Assembly (NCBI GenBank): GCA_965212125.1
Contig: OZ243045.1
Span: forward strand, 1,909,521-1,973,520
Source of the DNA: Candidatus Poriferisodalaceae bacterium
GTDB taxonomy: Bacteria > Actinomycetota > Acidimicrobiia > Acidimicrobiales > Poriferisodalaceae
Direction: 5' to 3'
DNA: 64,000 nucleotides
The notes under the pieces were generated by a model that was given only the letters and a program-made list of their open reading frames with translations, did not search any database and was not told the origin of the DNA. Both the position numbers and the translations under genes were made by a program. Each line of letters starts with the position of its first letter. Positions within the stretch are counted from its first letter, which is position 1. Shown one piece after another: positions 47,212 to 57,334 of the stretch.

Positions 47212-48768
47212 GTGTCGCAGCACACGATGTCCGAACGCCTGGCCGAGCTAGAGAAACGTCGCGGCGAAGCCCTTCAGGCTGGCTCGGAACGTTCGGTTCA
47301 ACGCCAGCACGACAAAGGCAAGTTGCTGGCACGCGAGCGCATTGACTATTTGTTTGACGAAGGCTCGTTTCACGAAATTGACCAGCTAGCTCGCCACCGC
47401 GCACACGACGTCGGCCTAACCGAGCGCCCGTACACAGACGGAATCGTTACCGGCTGGGGAACCGTGGACGGTCGCAAGGTATTTGTCGCCAGCCAAGACT
47501 TCACCGTGTTCGGCGGGGCGCTGGGCGAGGTCTTCGCCGAGAAAACCCACAAGATCATGGATCTCGCCGAGTCGGTCGGCGCACCCATCGTGGGGCTGAA
47601 CGACGGCGCCGGTGCGCGCATCCAAGAGGGCGTGGCTTCGCTGGCGGGCTACGGCGGCATCTTTCGCCGCAATGTCCGAGCCTCCGGGGTCATTCCGCAG
47701 ATCAGCGTGATCATGGGGCCGTGCGCCGGGGGAGCGGTCTATTCGCCGGCCATGACCGACTTCATCTTCATGGTGCGCGACACCAGCCACATGTTCATAA
47801 CCGGGCCAGACGTGGTGAAAACCGTTACCGGCGAAGAGGTGTCCCTGGAAGATCTCGGCGGCGCGGGATCGCACAGCACAAAGTCTGGCGTCGCTTCGTT
47901 TGTTGCCGATAGCGAACACGCGGTGCTTGACGACGTGCGAGCGCTGCTGTCGTTTCTGCCGTCCAACAACCTGGCGACCCCGCCAGCGGTTGAGTGCCTA
48001 GACCCGGCTGATCGGGATTGCCCGGAGCTGACGACCTTGCTGCCCGACAGTTCAAACATTCCTTACGACATGAAACAGGTCATCGAGCAGACGGTCGACG
48101 ACGGCGAATTTATGGAGTACCACGCTCACTGGGCGAGGTCGATCGTGTGCGGGTTTGCTCGCATTGAAGGGCACTGCGTTGGCGTTGTCGGCAATCAGCC
48201 GATGATGATGGCCGGCGTGCTTGACATCGAGTCGTCCGAAAAGGCGGCACGGTTTGTTCGGTTCTGCGACGCGTTCAACATCCCGCTGCTGACGTTTGTG
48301 GATGTGCCTGGATTTTTGCCCGGCGTTGACCAAGAGCACAACGGCATCATTCGCCACGGGGCGAAACTGTTGTACGCCTACTGCGAAGCGTCCGTGCCGC
48401 GGGTGCAGGTGATCACGCGCAAGGCCTACGGCGGCGCGTATGTGGTGATGGATTCCAAAAGTGTTGGCTGCGATGTGTCTTTCGCCTGGCCCACCGCTGA
48501 GCTGGCGGTGATGGGGCCGCAGGGCGCAGTTGAGGTGCTGTATCGGCGAGAGCTGCAGCAAGCCGCCGACCCGGATGCCCGCAAGGTTGAGCTCGTCGAT
48601 GAGTACACCGAGAAGTACGCCAACCCGTATGTAGCGGCGGAGCGAGGGATCGTTGATGCCGTTATTGATCCGGTTGATACCCGGCGCAAGGTGGCCGCCG
48701 CGTTTGCGCTGATGCGAACCAAGCGAGAGAAACTGCCGCAGCGAAAGCACGGCAACGTTCCGCTGTAA
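47212..48768 (+). CDS. pccB: propionyl-CoA carboxylase beta subunit / acyl-CoA carboxyltransferase
   Basis: 518-aa carboxyltransferase with the GGARIQEG-like block GAGARIQEG, MGPCAGGAVYSPA and RKAYGGAYVVM. Confidence 0.9.
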   Translation: MSQHTMSERLAELEKRRGEALQAGSERSVQRQHDKGKLLARERIDYLFDEGSFHEIDQLARHRAHDVGLTERPYTDGIVTGWGTVDGRKVFVASQDFTVFGGALGEVFAEKTHKIMDLAESVGAPIVGLNDGAGARIQEGVASLAGYGGIFRRNVRASGVIPQISVIMGPCAGGAVYSPAMTDFIFMVRDTSHMFITGPDVVKTVTGEEVSLEDLGGAGSHSTKSGVASFVADSEHAVLDDVRALLSFLPSNNLATPPAVECLDPADRDCPELTTLLPDSSNIPYDMKQVIEQTVDDGEFMEYHAHWARSIVCGFARIEGHCVGVVGNQPMMMAGVLDIESSEKAARFVRFCDAFNIPLLTFVDVPGFLPGVDQEHNGIIRHGAKLLYAYCEASVPRVQVITRKAYGGAYVVMDSKSVGCDVSFAWPTAELAVMGPQGAVEVLYRRELQQAADPDARKVELVDEYTEKYANPYVAAERGIVDAVIDPVDTRRKVAAAFALMRTKREKLPQRKHGNVPL

Positions 48769-48971
48769 TGGGAGACGTACCGCAGCCGTTTCGCATTAAA
48801 CCCGCACCGACCGAAGAAGAAGCCGCCGTCATCGCGGCGGCGTTAGAGCTCATCGCCCCGCTGCTGATGCCTGCCGCAGCTCCCACCGATCAGCGAAACG
48901 ACACCCGCTGGCGTTTCAGCGGACGTTCATGGGCGAGCACCGATCGCTGGTCGGGCTGGCTACACCGATGA
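48768..48971 (+). CDS. acyl-CoA carboxylase epsilon subunit
   Basis: 67 aa with TEEEAAVIAAALE and RWRFSGRSW. It overlaps the pccB stop as TAATG, the typical position after pccB in actinobacteria. Confidence 0.7.
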   Translation: MGDVPQPFRIKPAPTEEEAAVIAAALELIAPLLMPAAAPTDQRNDTRWRFSGRSWASTDRWSGWLHR

Positions 48972-50128
48972 GTGAGCCTGCTGCGCCGCTGGCCGACCTG
49001 AAAGTCGTCGACATGTCCACGGTGTTCGCTGGCCCGCACTGCGCGCGTTACCTCGCCGACTTCGGGGCGGACGTAATCAAAGTGGAGCGCCCCACCGCAG
49101 ACACCGTTCGCAACATCGGCTGGCGTGACGAAACCGGCGAAACCCTGTGGTGGCGGCTGGTGAATCGCAACAAGCGTTGCGTCACCCTCAATCTGAAAGA
49201 GCCTGGCGACTTGGCGCAGATGCGAAACCTGCTGAGCGAGGCGGACGTGCTGGTGGAGAATCTTCGCCCGGGCAAGCTGGAGGCGCTGGGGCTTGTGCCA
49301 GCCGACCTGATCTCTGCCAACGCCAAACTTGTAATAACTCGCGTAACCGGTTTCGGCCAAGACGGCCCCTATCGCGATCGCCCGGGATTCGCTTCGCTGG
49401 CTGAGGCAATGTCGGGCTTTGCGTCCCTGAACGGCGATCCGAGCGGCGCGCCCGCGCTGCCGCCGATTGCGTTGACCGACGAGATCGCCGGGCTAGTGGC
49501 GGCTTTTGCGACGATGGTTGCCGTGCACAGCGGCATTGGGCAGGTGGTGGATGTGAGCCTGCTTGAAAGCATGATGCAGGTGATGGGGCCGCTGTTTGCG
49601 GCTTGGCACAGCGAGAAATACGAACAGCCGCGGCTGGGGTCGGGCATTCCCTACACCGTCCCGCGTGGGAACTACGAAACGGCCGACGGCAAATGGCTGA
49701 CGGTTAGCACCTCTAGCGATGCTGTGGCGCAGCGGGTCTTGGGGCTGTTAGGTGTTGCCGACGACGACCGCTTTGCGTCGTTTGAGGCGCGCACGCAGCA
49801 TCGAGCAGCGCTTGATGAAATTTTGTCGCAGTGGACCAGCGAGCGAACCTTGGCGACTGCACTAGCGGAGTTTGAGAACGCGCAGGCGGCTGCCGCGGCG
49901 GTGATGACTATTTCGGAGATCGTTGACGACGAGCACGTGATTAAGCGTGAGGCATTGGTGGAGGTGGAAGGGTTGCTGATGCAGAACGTGGTGGCGCGCT
50001 TGTCTGCCACGCCGGGCGAAGTCCGCTGGGCGGGGCGACCGCTTGGAGCCGATAACGCCGACTTGGCGGATCTGACAGAGCTGACTGATCGCCCGGCTAG
50101 TGGGTCAGCTAGCTGGCCGAGTCGTTAG
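48968..50128 (+). CDS. family III CoA-transferase (CaiB/BaiF)
   Basis: LKVVDMSTVFAGPHCARYLADFGADVIKVE block. I trimmed the start to ATG 48968, giving an ATGA overlap with the upstream stop. Confidence 0.85.
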   Translation: MSEPAAPLADLKVVDMSTVFAGPHCARYLADFGADVIKVERPTADTVRNIGWRDETGETLWWRLVNRNKRCVTLNLKEPGDLAQMRNLLSEADVLVENLRPGKLEALGLVPADLISANAKLVITRVTGFGQDGPYRDRPGFASLAEAMSGFASLNGDPSGAPALPPIALTDEIAGLVAAFATMVAVHSGIGQVVDVSLLESMMQVMGPLFAAWHSEKYEQPRLGSGIPYTVPRGNYETADGKWLTVSTSSDAVAQRVLGLLGVADDDRFASFEARTQHRAALDEILSQWTSERTLATALAEFENAQAAAAAVMTISEIVDDEHVIKREALVEVEGLLMQNVVARLSATPGEVRWAGRPLGADNADLADLTELTDRPASGSASWPSR

Positions 50129-50133
50129 CGGCG

Positions 50134-52197
50134 CTAGGCATCGGCGCGTTGCGCCTGCGCTAAATCCACTAGCTCAGACATAATCACCGTTAGCTCAAAA
50201 TCTTTCGGCGTGTACACGGAGGCAACGCCGGTATCTAGCAGAGCGGTTTGGTCGGCCGGGGGGATGATTCCGCCCACCACCACTGCAGCGACAACGCCGT
50301 TGGCGGCTAGCTCTGCTTGCACCTGCGGCACCAACTCCATATGCCCGCCAGACAAAATCGACAGCGCGACTATGTCCACGTCTTCGTCGCGCGCCACCGC
50401 TGCGATGTGCTGGGCGGTGACACGGATTCCGTCGTAGATCACCTCCATGCCTGAATCTCTGGCCGCCACCGCAATCTGCTCGGCGCCATTGGAGTGCCCG
50501 TCCAGGCCGGGCTTAGCGACAAGCAGTCGCGGCGGGCCGCCCGTCAGCGCCTTGCTGCGCTTGGCGATCTCAGCGAAGCCGTGCTGTATGTCGCCCGTGG
50601 CTGCGCTGGCTGAGTTGCCCGTGCCGCCCGTGCCGGTTACGCCGCTAGCACTAGCCGAGCTAGCGCCGATGCCGGTCGGAGCGCGGTAATCGCCAAACAC
50701 CTCGCGCAAGGCATTAGCCCACTCGCCAGTCGTTACTCCCGCATGGGCGGCGGCGATGGTCGGACCCATGATGTTGATGTCGCCGCTGATGGCTACGCGC
50801 AGGTCGTTTAGCGCAGCCACCACCGCGCTTGAGTTGCGGGCAGAGCGCCACTGTTCTAGGTCTTGCAGCGCGGCTTGTTGCACGGCGGGATCAACCTGCA
50901 AGAAGGCCGCCGCCGTGTCGCCGGACGCCGCGCCGCCGGGTGAGCCCGTAAGCGGGGAGTCTTCCGTTTCGGTGTACTTATTCACGCCGACCACCGTCTG
51001 GTTGCCCTGCTCAATTTGGCGCACCCGCGCGGTGTGGCTCGCAACCAGGCGCCCCTTCAGCTCTTCGATCGCGCTAAAAGCGCCACCCAGCGCCAGCACG
51101 TCATCAAGCTCGGCCTGTGCGGAATCAACCAGCTCGGCGGTTCGCCGCTCGACAACCTTGCTGCCGTCAAAAATGTCTTCGTGTTCCAGCAAGTCAGATT
51201 CTTCGGCCAGCACTTGCTGCATGCGCAGCGACCATTGCTGATCCCACGGCCGCGGCAGCCCTAGCGCTTCGTTCCACGCCGGCAGCTGCAGCGACCGCGT
51301 TCTGGCTCGCTTTGAAAGCGTCACGCCGAGCATCTCCAACGCGATCCGCGTGACGTTGTTTTCGGGCTGCGCTTCGGTTAGCCCCAGCGAATTGACCTGC
51401 ACGCCGTAGCGGAAGCGGCGCAGCTTCGGGTCGGTCACGCCGTAGCGCTGCTCGCAAATGGCATCCCACATTTGGGTGAAGGCGCGCACCTTGCAGACCT
51501 CTTCCACAAACCGAATCCCGCTATTGACGAAAAACGAAATAGCCCCCACCACATTGCTGAACCGCTCCGCCGGCACCTGGCCGCTGCGCTTCACCGCATC
51601 TAGCACGTCAATCGCAGTCGCCAGCGCGTAGGCGATCTCTTGCGTGGGGGTCGCCCCCGCCTCTTGCAGGTGATAGCTGCACACGTTGATCGGATTCCAG
51701 CGCGGCATATGTTGCGCGCAGTAACTGATGATGTCCACGGTTAGCCGCAGGCTCGGCTCGGGCGCAAATATGTAGGTGCCGCGGCTCAGATATTCCTTGA
51801 CGATGTCGTTTTGGGTCGTGCCCCGCAGCGTCTGCAGATCAACCCCGCTGTTTTGGGCGTTCGCTATGTACAGCCCCAAAATCCACGCGGCGGTGGCGTT
51901 GATGGTCATTGAGGTGTTCATCTGGTCTTGCGGAATGCCCTCTAGCAGCTCCGCCATATGACCCAAGTGAGTTACCGGAACGCCCACCTTGCCGACCTCG
52001 CCCTGCGCGAACGGGTGGTCGGGGTCGTAGCCGGTTTGGGTCGGCAGATCAAACGCAACCGACAGCCCCGTTTGGCCCTTTGCGAGGTTGGTTCGATAAA
52101 GCTCGTTTGACGCAGCCGCCGTGGAGTGCCCTGAGTAGGTGCGCATCAGCCAGTGCGGATCGCGCTGGGGTTGCGGCGTTTTCACGTTATGTGTCAA
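50134..52197 (-). CDS. ecm: B12-dependent acyl-CoA mutase, MeaA/ethylmalonyl-CoA mutase-like (fused catalytic and B12-binding domains)
   Basis: The N-terminus RDPHWLMRTYSGHSTAAASNELYRTNLAKGQTGLSVAFDLPTQTGYD resembles MeaA/Ecm rather than MutB (recalled from memory). The C-terminal B12 domain has GLDGHSNGA. The subtype call is less certain than the family call. Confidence 0.8.
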   Translation of the reverse strand: MTHNVKTPQPQRDPHWLMRTYSGHSTAAASNELYRTNLAKGQTGLSVAFDLPTQTGYDPDHPFAQGEVGKVGVPVTHLGHMAELLEGIPQDQMNTSMTINATAAWILGLYIANAQNSGVDLQTLRGTTQNDIVKEYLSRGTYIFAPEPSLRLTVDIISYCAQHMPRWNPINVCSYHLQEAGATPTQEIAYALATAIDVLDAVKRSGQVPAERFSNVVGAISFFVNSGIRFVEEVCKVRAFTQMWDAICEQRYGVTDPKLRRFRYGVQVNSLGLTEAQPENNVTRIALEMLGVTLSKRARTRSLQLPAWNEALGLPRPWDQQWSLRMQQVLAEESDLLEHEDIFDGSKVVERRTAELVDSAQAELDDVLALGGAFSAIEELKGRLVASHTARVRQIEQGNQTVVGVNKYTETEDSPLTGSPGGAASGDTAAAFLQVDPAVQQAALQDLEQWRSARNSSAVVAALNDLRVAISGDINIMGPTIAAAHAGVTTGEWANALREVFGDYRAPTGIGASSASASGVTGTGGTGNSASAATGDIQHGFAEIAKRSKALTGGPPRLLVAKPGLDGHSNGAEQIAVAARDSGMEVIYDGIRVTAQHIAAVARDEDVDIVALSILSGGHMELVPQVQAELAANGVVAAVVVGGIIPPADQTALLDTGVASVYTPKDFELTVIMSELVDLAQAQRADA

Positions 52198-52894
52198 GCA
52201 TCCGGAAAGTCATGGGCTGGCTCCAGATCTCAGCCAGCGGGCGACTTATTGCCTCATCCAGCAGTTCCAGGTAGCCGGCGCGCTCTATTTCAACCGCACC
52301 CAAACCCACCAGATGTGGAGTGTTCCACTGAACGTCAATCAGCGCGCCGCCGGTTACTTTCAGGGCGTCAACCAGGGCAACCAGAGCGACCTTGGAGGCA
52401 TCGGTTGCGGTGTGAAACATCGACTCGCCAGCAAACAATGCCCCGATGGCGACGCCGTAAAGACCGCCGGCGAGTTCGCCGTCTTTCCAGGCTTCAACGC
52501 TGTGCGCCCACCCCATCTTGTGCAACTGTTCGTAAGCGATTTTGATGTCGTCGTTTATCCAGCCATTCGGTCGAGCCGGGCTAGCGCACGAATTGACCAC
52601 ATCGCTGAAGCTGTGATCGATGCGAATCTCAAAATCGCGACAAGCCCGCCGCAGCGAACGACTGACCCGCATGTAGCTGAGCGGCAAGATGCCACGCGGG
52701 TCGGGCGACCACCAACCGATGGTGTCGCCTAGCGGCATAGGAAATAGCCCTGCGCGGTACGCGCCCAAAAGCGTTCCCGGTGTCAGGTCTGCCCCGGCAC
52801 CCACTAGGCCGTTTTCGTCAGCCGTGCTAGCTAGCGGAAACTCCCAAGTGCTGGCTGGCGGCTCCGCTGGCACACCTTCGGTCGTTGTTTGCAT
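52187..52894 (-). CDS. aat: leucyl/phenylalanyl-tRNA--protein transferase
   Basis: LLGAYRAGLFPMP, WWSPDPRGILPL and GESMFH blocks. The 3' end overlaps the mutase start by 11 nt. Confidence 0.85.
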   Translation of the reverse strand: MQTTTEGVPAEPPASTWEFPLASTADENGLVGAGADLTPGTLLGAYRAGLFPMPLGDTIGWWSPDPRGILPLSYMRVSRSLRRACRDFEIRIDHSFSDVVNSCASPARPNGWINDDIKIAYEQLHKMGWAHSVEAWKDGELAGGLYGVAIGALFAGESMFHTATDASKVALVALVDALKVTGGALIDVQWNTPHLVGLGAVEIERAGYLELLDEAISRPLAEIWSQPMTFRMLDT

Positions 52895-52973
52895 GCATCG
52901 CTCAGGTTACGCGATGACTGGCGGGCTGGCTAACTAGTCGGTTGTCTGGCTAGCTGGCTGGCTAGCTGACCGA

Positions 52974-53984
52974 CTAACTGGCGTCGTATGCGGTTTGGTC
53001 GTCTTCGGTTGCGTCGCGGATCGTTACCGACGTAACCACAACGTCTTCAATCGGCACGTCCCTCGCAGATGAGCCATTGGGGCGGGCACGCGTTTGCGTT
53101 GGAACGGCGTCAATGGTTGCGACCACGTCAAGGCCTGTGGTTACCACCCCGAGCGGTGAATAAAGGCTCGGCAGGCCCGCCCCGTCAGAGCCGGTGACGA
53201 CGAAGAACTGCGAGCCGTTAGTGGAGGGGTTGCTGCTGTTCGCCATGGCTACCGCGCCGATGCGGTACCAGTTATCGGGCGGGATTCGGCCGGTGAACTG
53301 GTAGCCGGGCGAGCCCGTGCCGAAGGAGTTTGCTACGTCGCCGCCCTGAATAACGAAGTTGCTAATCACGCGGTGAAAGATCGTTCCGTTGAAGGCGCCG
53401 TAGCGAGCCAGGAACACAAAGTTGTTAACGCTGTCCGCGTCTAGCGACGGGTCGAGCACCATCGTGAAATTGCCCAGGTTGGTTACGAAGTCGGCTGCGT
53501 AGAGCTGATCGGTGTTGATGCAGAGCGGCGGTGCTGATCTGAACTGGGTGGTTTGTGGGCTTGAACCATCTTCGGCCGGGCAGGTTTCGCTTGAGGTTGG
53601 ATTTGCTGGCGCACTGGTAGCGGGTGCGGCGGTGCCGCCGTCGCCACCGGTGCTGTCGCTGGTGTCTGCGTCTGAGCCGGTGTCGGTGCCGTCGTCGGTG
53701 CCAGCATCCGCGCCGCCTTCAGAGCCACCTTCATCTGTGCCACCAGCATCGTCGCCCGCATCCTCGCCAGCTTCGCCGTCGGTTTGCGTCGTCTGCGCTT
53801 CTTCGGTGGGGTCGTCGCTAGAGACGAACACGCTGTACAGAAACGCGGCACCTATCAACACCACGCCGATAACCACCACTCGTATCGTCAGCTTGATACG
53901 CCGACCACGCTGTTCGGATTTTTGTTCGTTCTCAGCTTGCAGCATCTGGTTTTGGCGCTGCCGCATACGTTTTTCACTTGGCAC
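52974..53984 (-). CDS. membrane-anchored cyclophilin-type peptidyl-prolyl isomerase
   Basis: N-terminal TM segment, acidic low-complexity linker, and FHRVISNFVIQGGD with MANSSNPSTNGSQFF. Confidence 0.85.
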   Translation of the reverse strand: MPSEKRMRQRQNQMLQAENEQKSEQRGRRIKLTIRVVVIGVVLIGAAFLYSVFVSSDDPTEEAQTTQTDGEAGEDAGDDAGGTDEGGSEGGADAGTDDGTDTGSDADTSDSTGGDGGTAAPATSAPANPTSSETCPAEDGSSPQTTQFRSAPPLCINTDQLYAADFVTNLGNFTMVLDPSLDADSVNNFVFLARYGAFNGTIFHRVISNFVIQGGDVANSFGTGSPGYQFTGRIPPDNWYRIGAVAMANSSNPSTNGSQFFVVTGSDGAGLPSLYSPLGVVTTGLDVVATIDAVPTQTRARPNGSSARDVPIEDVVVTSVTIRDATEDDQTAYDAS

Positions 53985-54061
53985 TGCGCACAGAGGCTAG
54001 CCAGCTTGGCGCGCTTGGCTTGGTCGCCCCAGGCCGGCCTTGATCGGTATGGTCTAACCAC

Positions 54062-55375
54062 GTGACGTTGCTTGTTCAGAAGTTTGGCGGCACGTCGGTT
54101 GCGAGCCCGGCGCGTATGGCCGAAGTTGCCGACTATGTGCGTCATTGCCGGACACGTGGCGACGACATCGTTTTGGTGCTGAGCGCCATGGGCAACGAAA
54201 CCGACGATCTGCTGCGGCTGGCGACCGACATCTCTAGCGACCCGTCCGGCCGCGAGATGGACATGCTGATTACCGCGGGCGAGCGCAAGGCCATAGCGCT
54301 CATGTGCATGGCGCTGCACGTCGTCGGCGTGGAGGCCGAATCGTTCACCGGCAGCCAAGCTGGGCTGGTAACCGACACCAACCATCGCAACGCAAAAATC
54401 CTGTCAATCGCACCCAAGCGCATCTTGGCTTCGTTGGCGGAAGGCAAGGTGCCGGTGGTGGCGGGCGCGCAAGGCGTGTCGACCGACAGCGACGTGACCT
54501 TTTTGGGGCGTGGCGGATCTGACACCACGGCCGTTGCGCTGGCGCACGAGCTTGGCGCCGAAGTGTGCGAGCTCTTTACCGATGTCTCCGGCGTGTTCAC
54601 CACCGATCCGCGGATCTGCTCCAAGGCACACCGCATAGCGACGCTCACATTTGACGAGCTGCTGGAGATGACAGCGATGGGTTGCCCGAAGCCGACGGCC
54701 CGATCCGTGGAGGTCGCCAGGGCTTATGACATGCGCTTGCATGTGCGCTCGGCGTTTACCTGGGAGCCCGGCACGTGGGTGCTGAAGCCAGACGACAACA
54801 TCCAGCACTTATCGTCTTTATTGCCGGACTTGATAGCGGATTCGTTGCCGGCAGATTCGGCATCAACAGATTCGCTGGCGAAGGAGCAGGACGGCGCTAT
54901 GGAACAAGCCATCATCAAGGGCGTAGTGCCTGACACCAGCCAAGCCAAGATCACGATCACCGGAGTCAAGGACGAGCCGGGCATAGCCGGTGTGGTGTTT
55001 CGCACGTTGGCCGACTCACAGATAAACGTCGACATGATCGTGCAAAGCGCCAGCGCCGACGGCGAGGCCGATATTTCATTTACCGTGCCGCAAGAGTCGG
55101 CGGAGCAGGCACGCCAAACGTGTGAGGCCATGTCTGACCGACTGGCGTTCAAGTCGGTCGTTTCAGATACCGCCATTGGTCGGGTGTCGGTGGTTGGCGC
55201 GGGGATGGCGACTCATCCGGGCGTGGCGGCGACCATGTTTGAAACGCTGGCAGCCCAGAACATAAACATAGACATGATCGCCACGTCGCCGATCCGGATT
55301 AGCTGCGTTGTTGCTGAAGAGCAGACCGAGCAAGCCACCATTGCGCTGCACACCGCATACGGGCTAGATCAGTAG
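54062..55375 (+). CDS. ask: aspartate kinase
   Basis: LVQKFGGTSV, LGRGGSDTTAVALA and C-terminal ACT domains. GTG start. Confidence 0.9.
   Translation: MTLLVQKFGGTSVASPARMAEVADYVRHCRTRGDDIVLVLSAMGNETDDLLRLATDISSDPSGREMDMLITAGERKAIALMCMALHVVGVEAESFTGSQAGLVTDTNHRNAKILSIAPKRILASLAEGKVPVVAGAQGVSTDSDVTFLGRGGSDTTAVALAHELGAEVCELFTDVSGVFTTDPRICSKAHRIATLTFDELLEMTAMGCPKPTARSVEVARAYDMRLHVRSAFTWEPGTWVLKPDDNIQHLSSLLPDLIADSLPADSASTDSLAKEQDGAMEQAIIKGVVPDTSQAKITITGVKDEPGIAGVVFRTLADSQINVDMIVQSASADGEADISFTVPQESAEQARQTCEAMSDRLAFKSVVSDTAIGRVSVVGAGMATHPGVAATMFETLAAQNINIDMIATSPIRISCVVAEEQTEQATIALHTAYGLDQ
54899..55375 (+). CDS. possible aspartate kinase beta subunit from an in-frame internal start
   Basis: In-frame ATG at 54899 (MEQAIIKGV...) preceded by AAGGAG at 54881-54886. 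It sits at the position where Corynebacterium/Mycobacterium lysC-beta starts. Confidence 0.45.
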   Translation: MEQAIIKGVVPDTSQAKITITGVKDEPGIAGVVFRTLADSQINVDMIVQSASADGEADISFTVPQESAEQARQTCEAMSDRLAFKSVVSDTAIGRVSVVGAGMATHPGVAATMFETLAAQNINIDMIATSPIRISCVVAEEQTEQATIALHTAYGLDQ

Positions 55376-56497
<1,122 letters not shown>

Positions 56498-56571
56498 CCC
56501 CACGCGGCAGTGGCGGTGCCGCCGGGTTGAGTTGGCCTATGCCGGGCTGGCCTATGCCGGGTTAGCAAGAG

Positions 56572-56645
<74 letters not shown>

Positions 56646-57029
56646 CTAAGTAACCGACGCTATCGGCGGCAGCAGTTGCTCAACAGCGCGTCTGATGCTC
56701 AGCGCATCCAGCGGCTTGTTTACCCAGGAGTCGGCTTCGGAGTGCTTCGCCATCCACTTGTCGGCCGCGCGGTCTAACAGCAACAGCACGGGCACGCGCG
56801 CCAGCCGGTTCGCACCCGACTCCAAACGCAAGTCCTTACAAATTGCCATGCCACCCATTGATCCGACCTGAAAATCAACGACCACCAGGTCGGGATTGTC
56901 GCTGGCGACGCGCTTAAGAACGGCGCGACCGTCGCTGATGGTGCTGACGCTCACTCCGGAATCTGCGAGCGCGTCGTTGACGGCTTCTTGTACCCAGTCG
57001 GCTTCCGTGACTAGCAATACCTCAATCAC
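56646..57029 (-). CDS. stand-alone response regulator receiver (CheY-like) protein
   Basis: REC-domain landmarks are present: an acidic pocket (TEAD), the phospho-acceptor context LVVVDFQ, and WVNKP. I chose the GTG start at 57029 to avoid overlap with the upstream small gene; an ATG at 57083 is possible. Confidence 0.7.
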   Translation of the reverse strand: MIEVLLVTEADWVQEAVNDALADSGVSVSTISDGRAVLKRVASDNPDLVVVDFQVGSMGGMAICKDLRLESGANRLARVPVLLLLDRAADKWMAKHSEADSWVNKPLDALSIRRAVEQLLPPIASVT

Positions 57030-57039
57030 GGCCGCAAAG

Positions 57040-57222
57040 CTAGCTGCGAGCCTTCTTGCCGTAGCGGCGAGCGAATCTGTCAATCAATCCGCTAATGATC
57101 GCGACGACCGCGCCAACTAGCACACCATCCCAGAATCCACCACCGATAATGGCGCTTAGGATTCCGCCGATAATGGCTCCTATCAGCGCCTTAATAAATA
57201 AACTGATTAGTCCTTCAATCAT
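57040..57222 (-). CDS. small Gly-zipper membrane protein (GlsB/YeaQ/YmgE-like?)
   Basis: 60 aa, two hydrophobic GxxxG-rich segments and a basic tail. Lower GC than its surroundings. The family call is tentative. Confidence 0.45.
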   Translation of the reverse strand: MIEGLISLFIKALIGAIIGGILSAIIGGGFWDGVLVGAVVAIISGLIDRFARRYGKKARS

Positions 57223-57334
57223 CTCATCTCACTTGTTACACAATTTCTTATACAGCTTCTCTCACCAAGGCGGCACAATAACTACCGCTACGGCGATGAT
57301 TCAGGTTGGATAATAGCTAATACGGACGGCGATT

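Noticed and set aside
52931-52980. Whether the inverted repeat TAGTCGG...CCGACTA downstream of the cyclophilin gene is an intrinsic terminator
   Set aside because: The stem is only 7 bp, the loop is about 28 nt, and there is no U-tract. I treat it as part of the CTAG-rich motif cluster instead.
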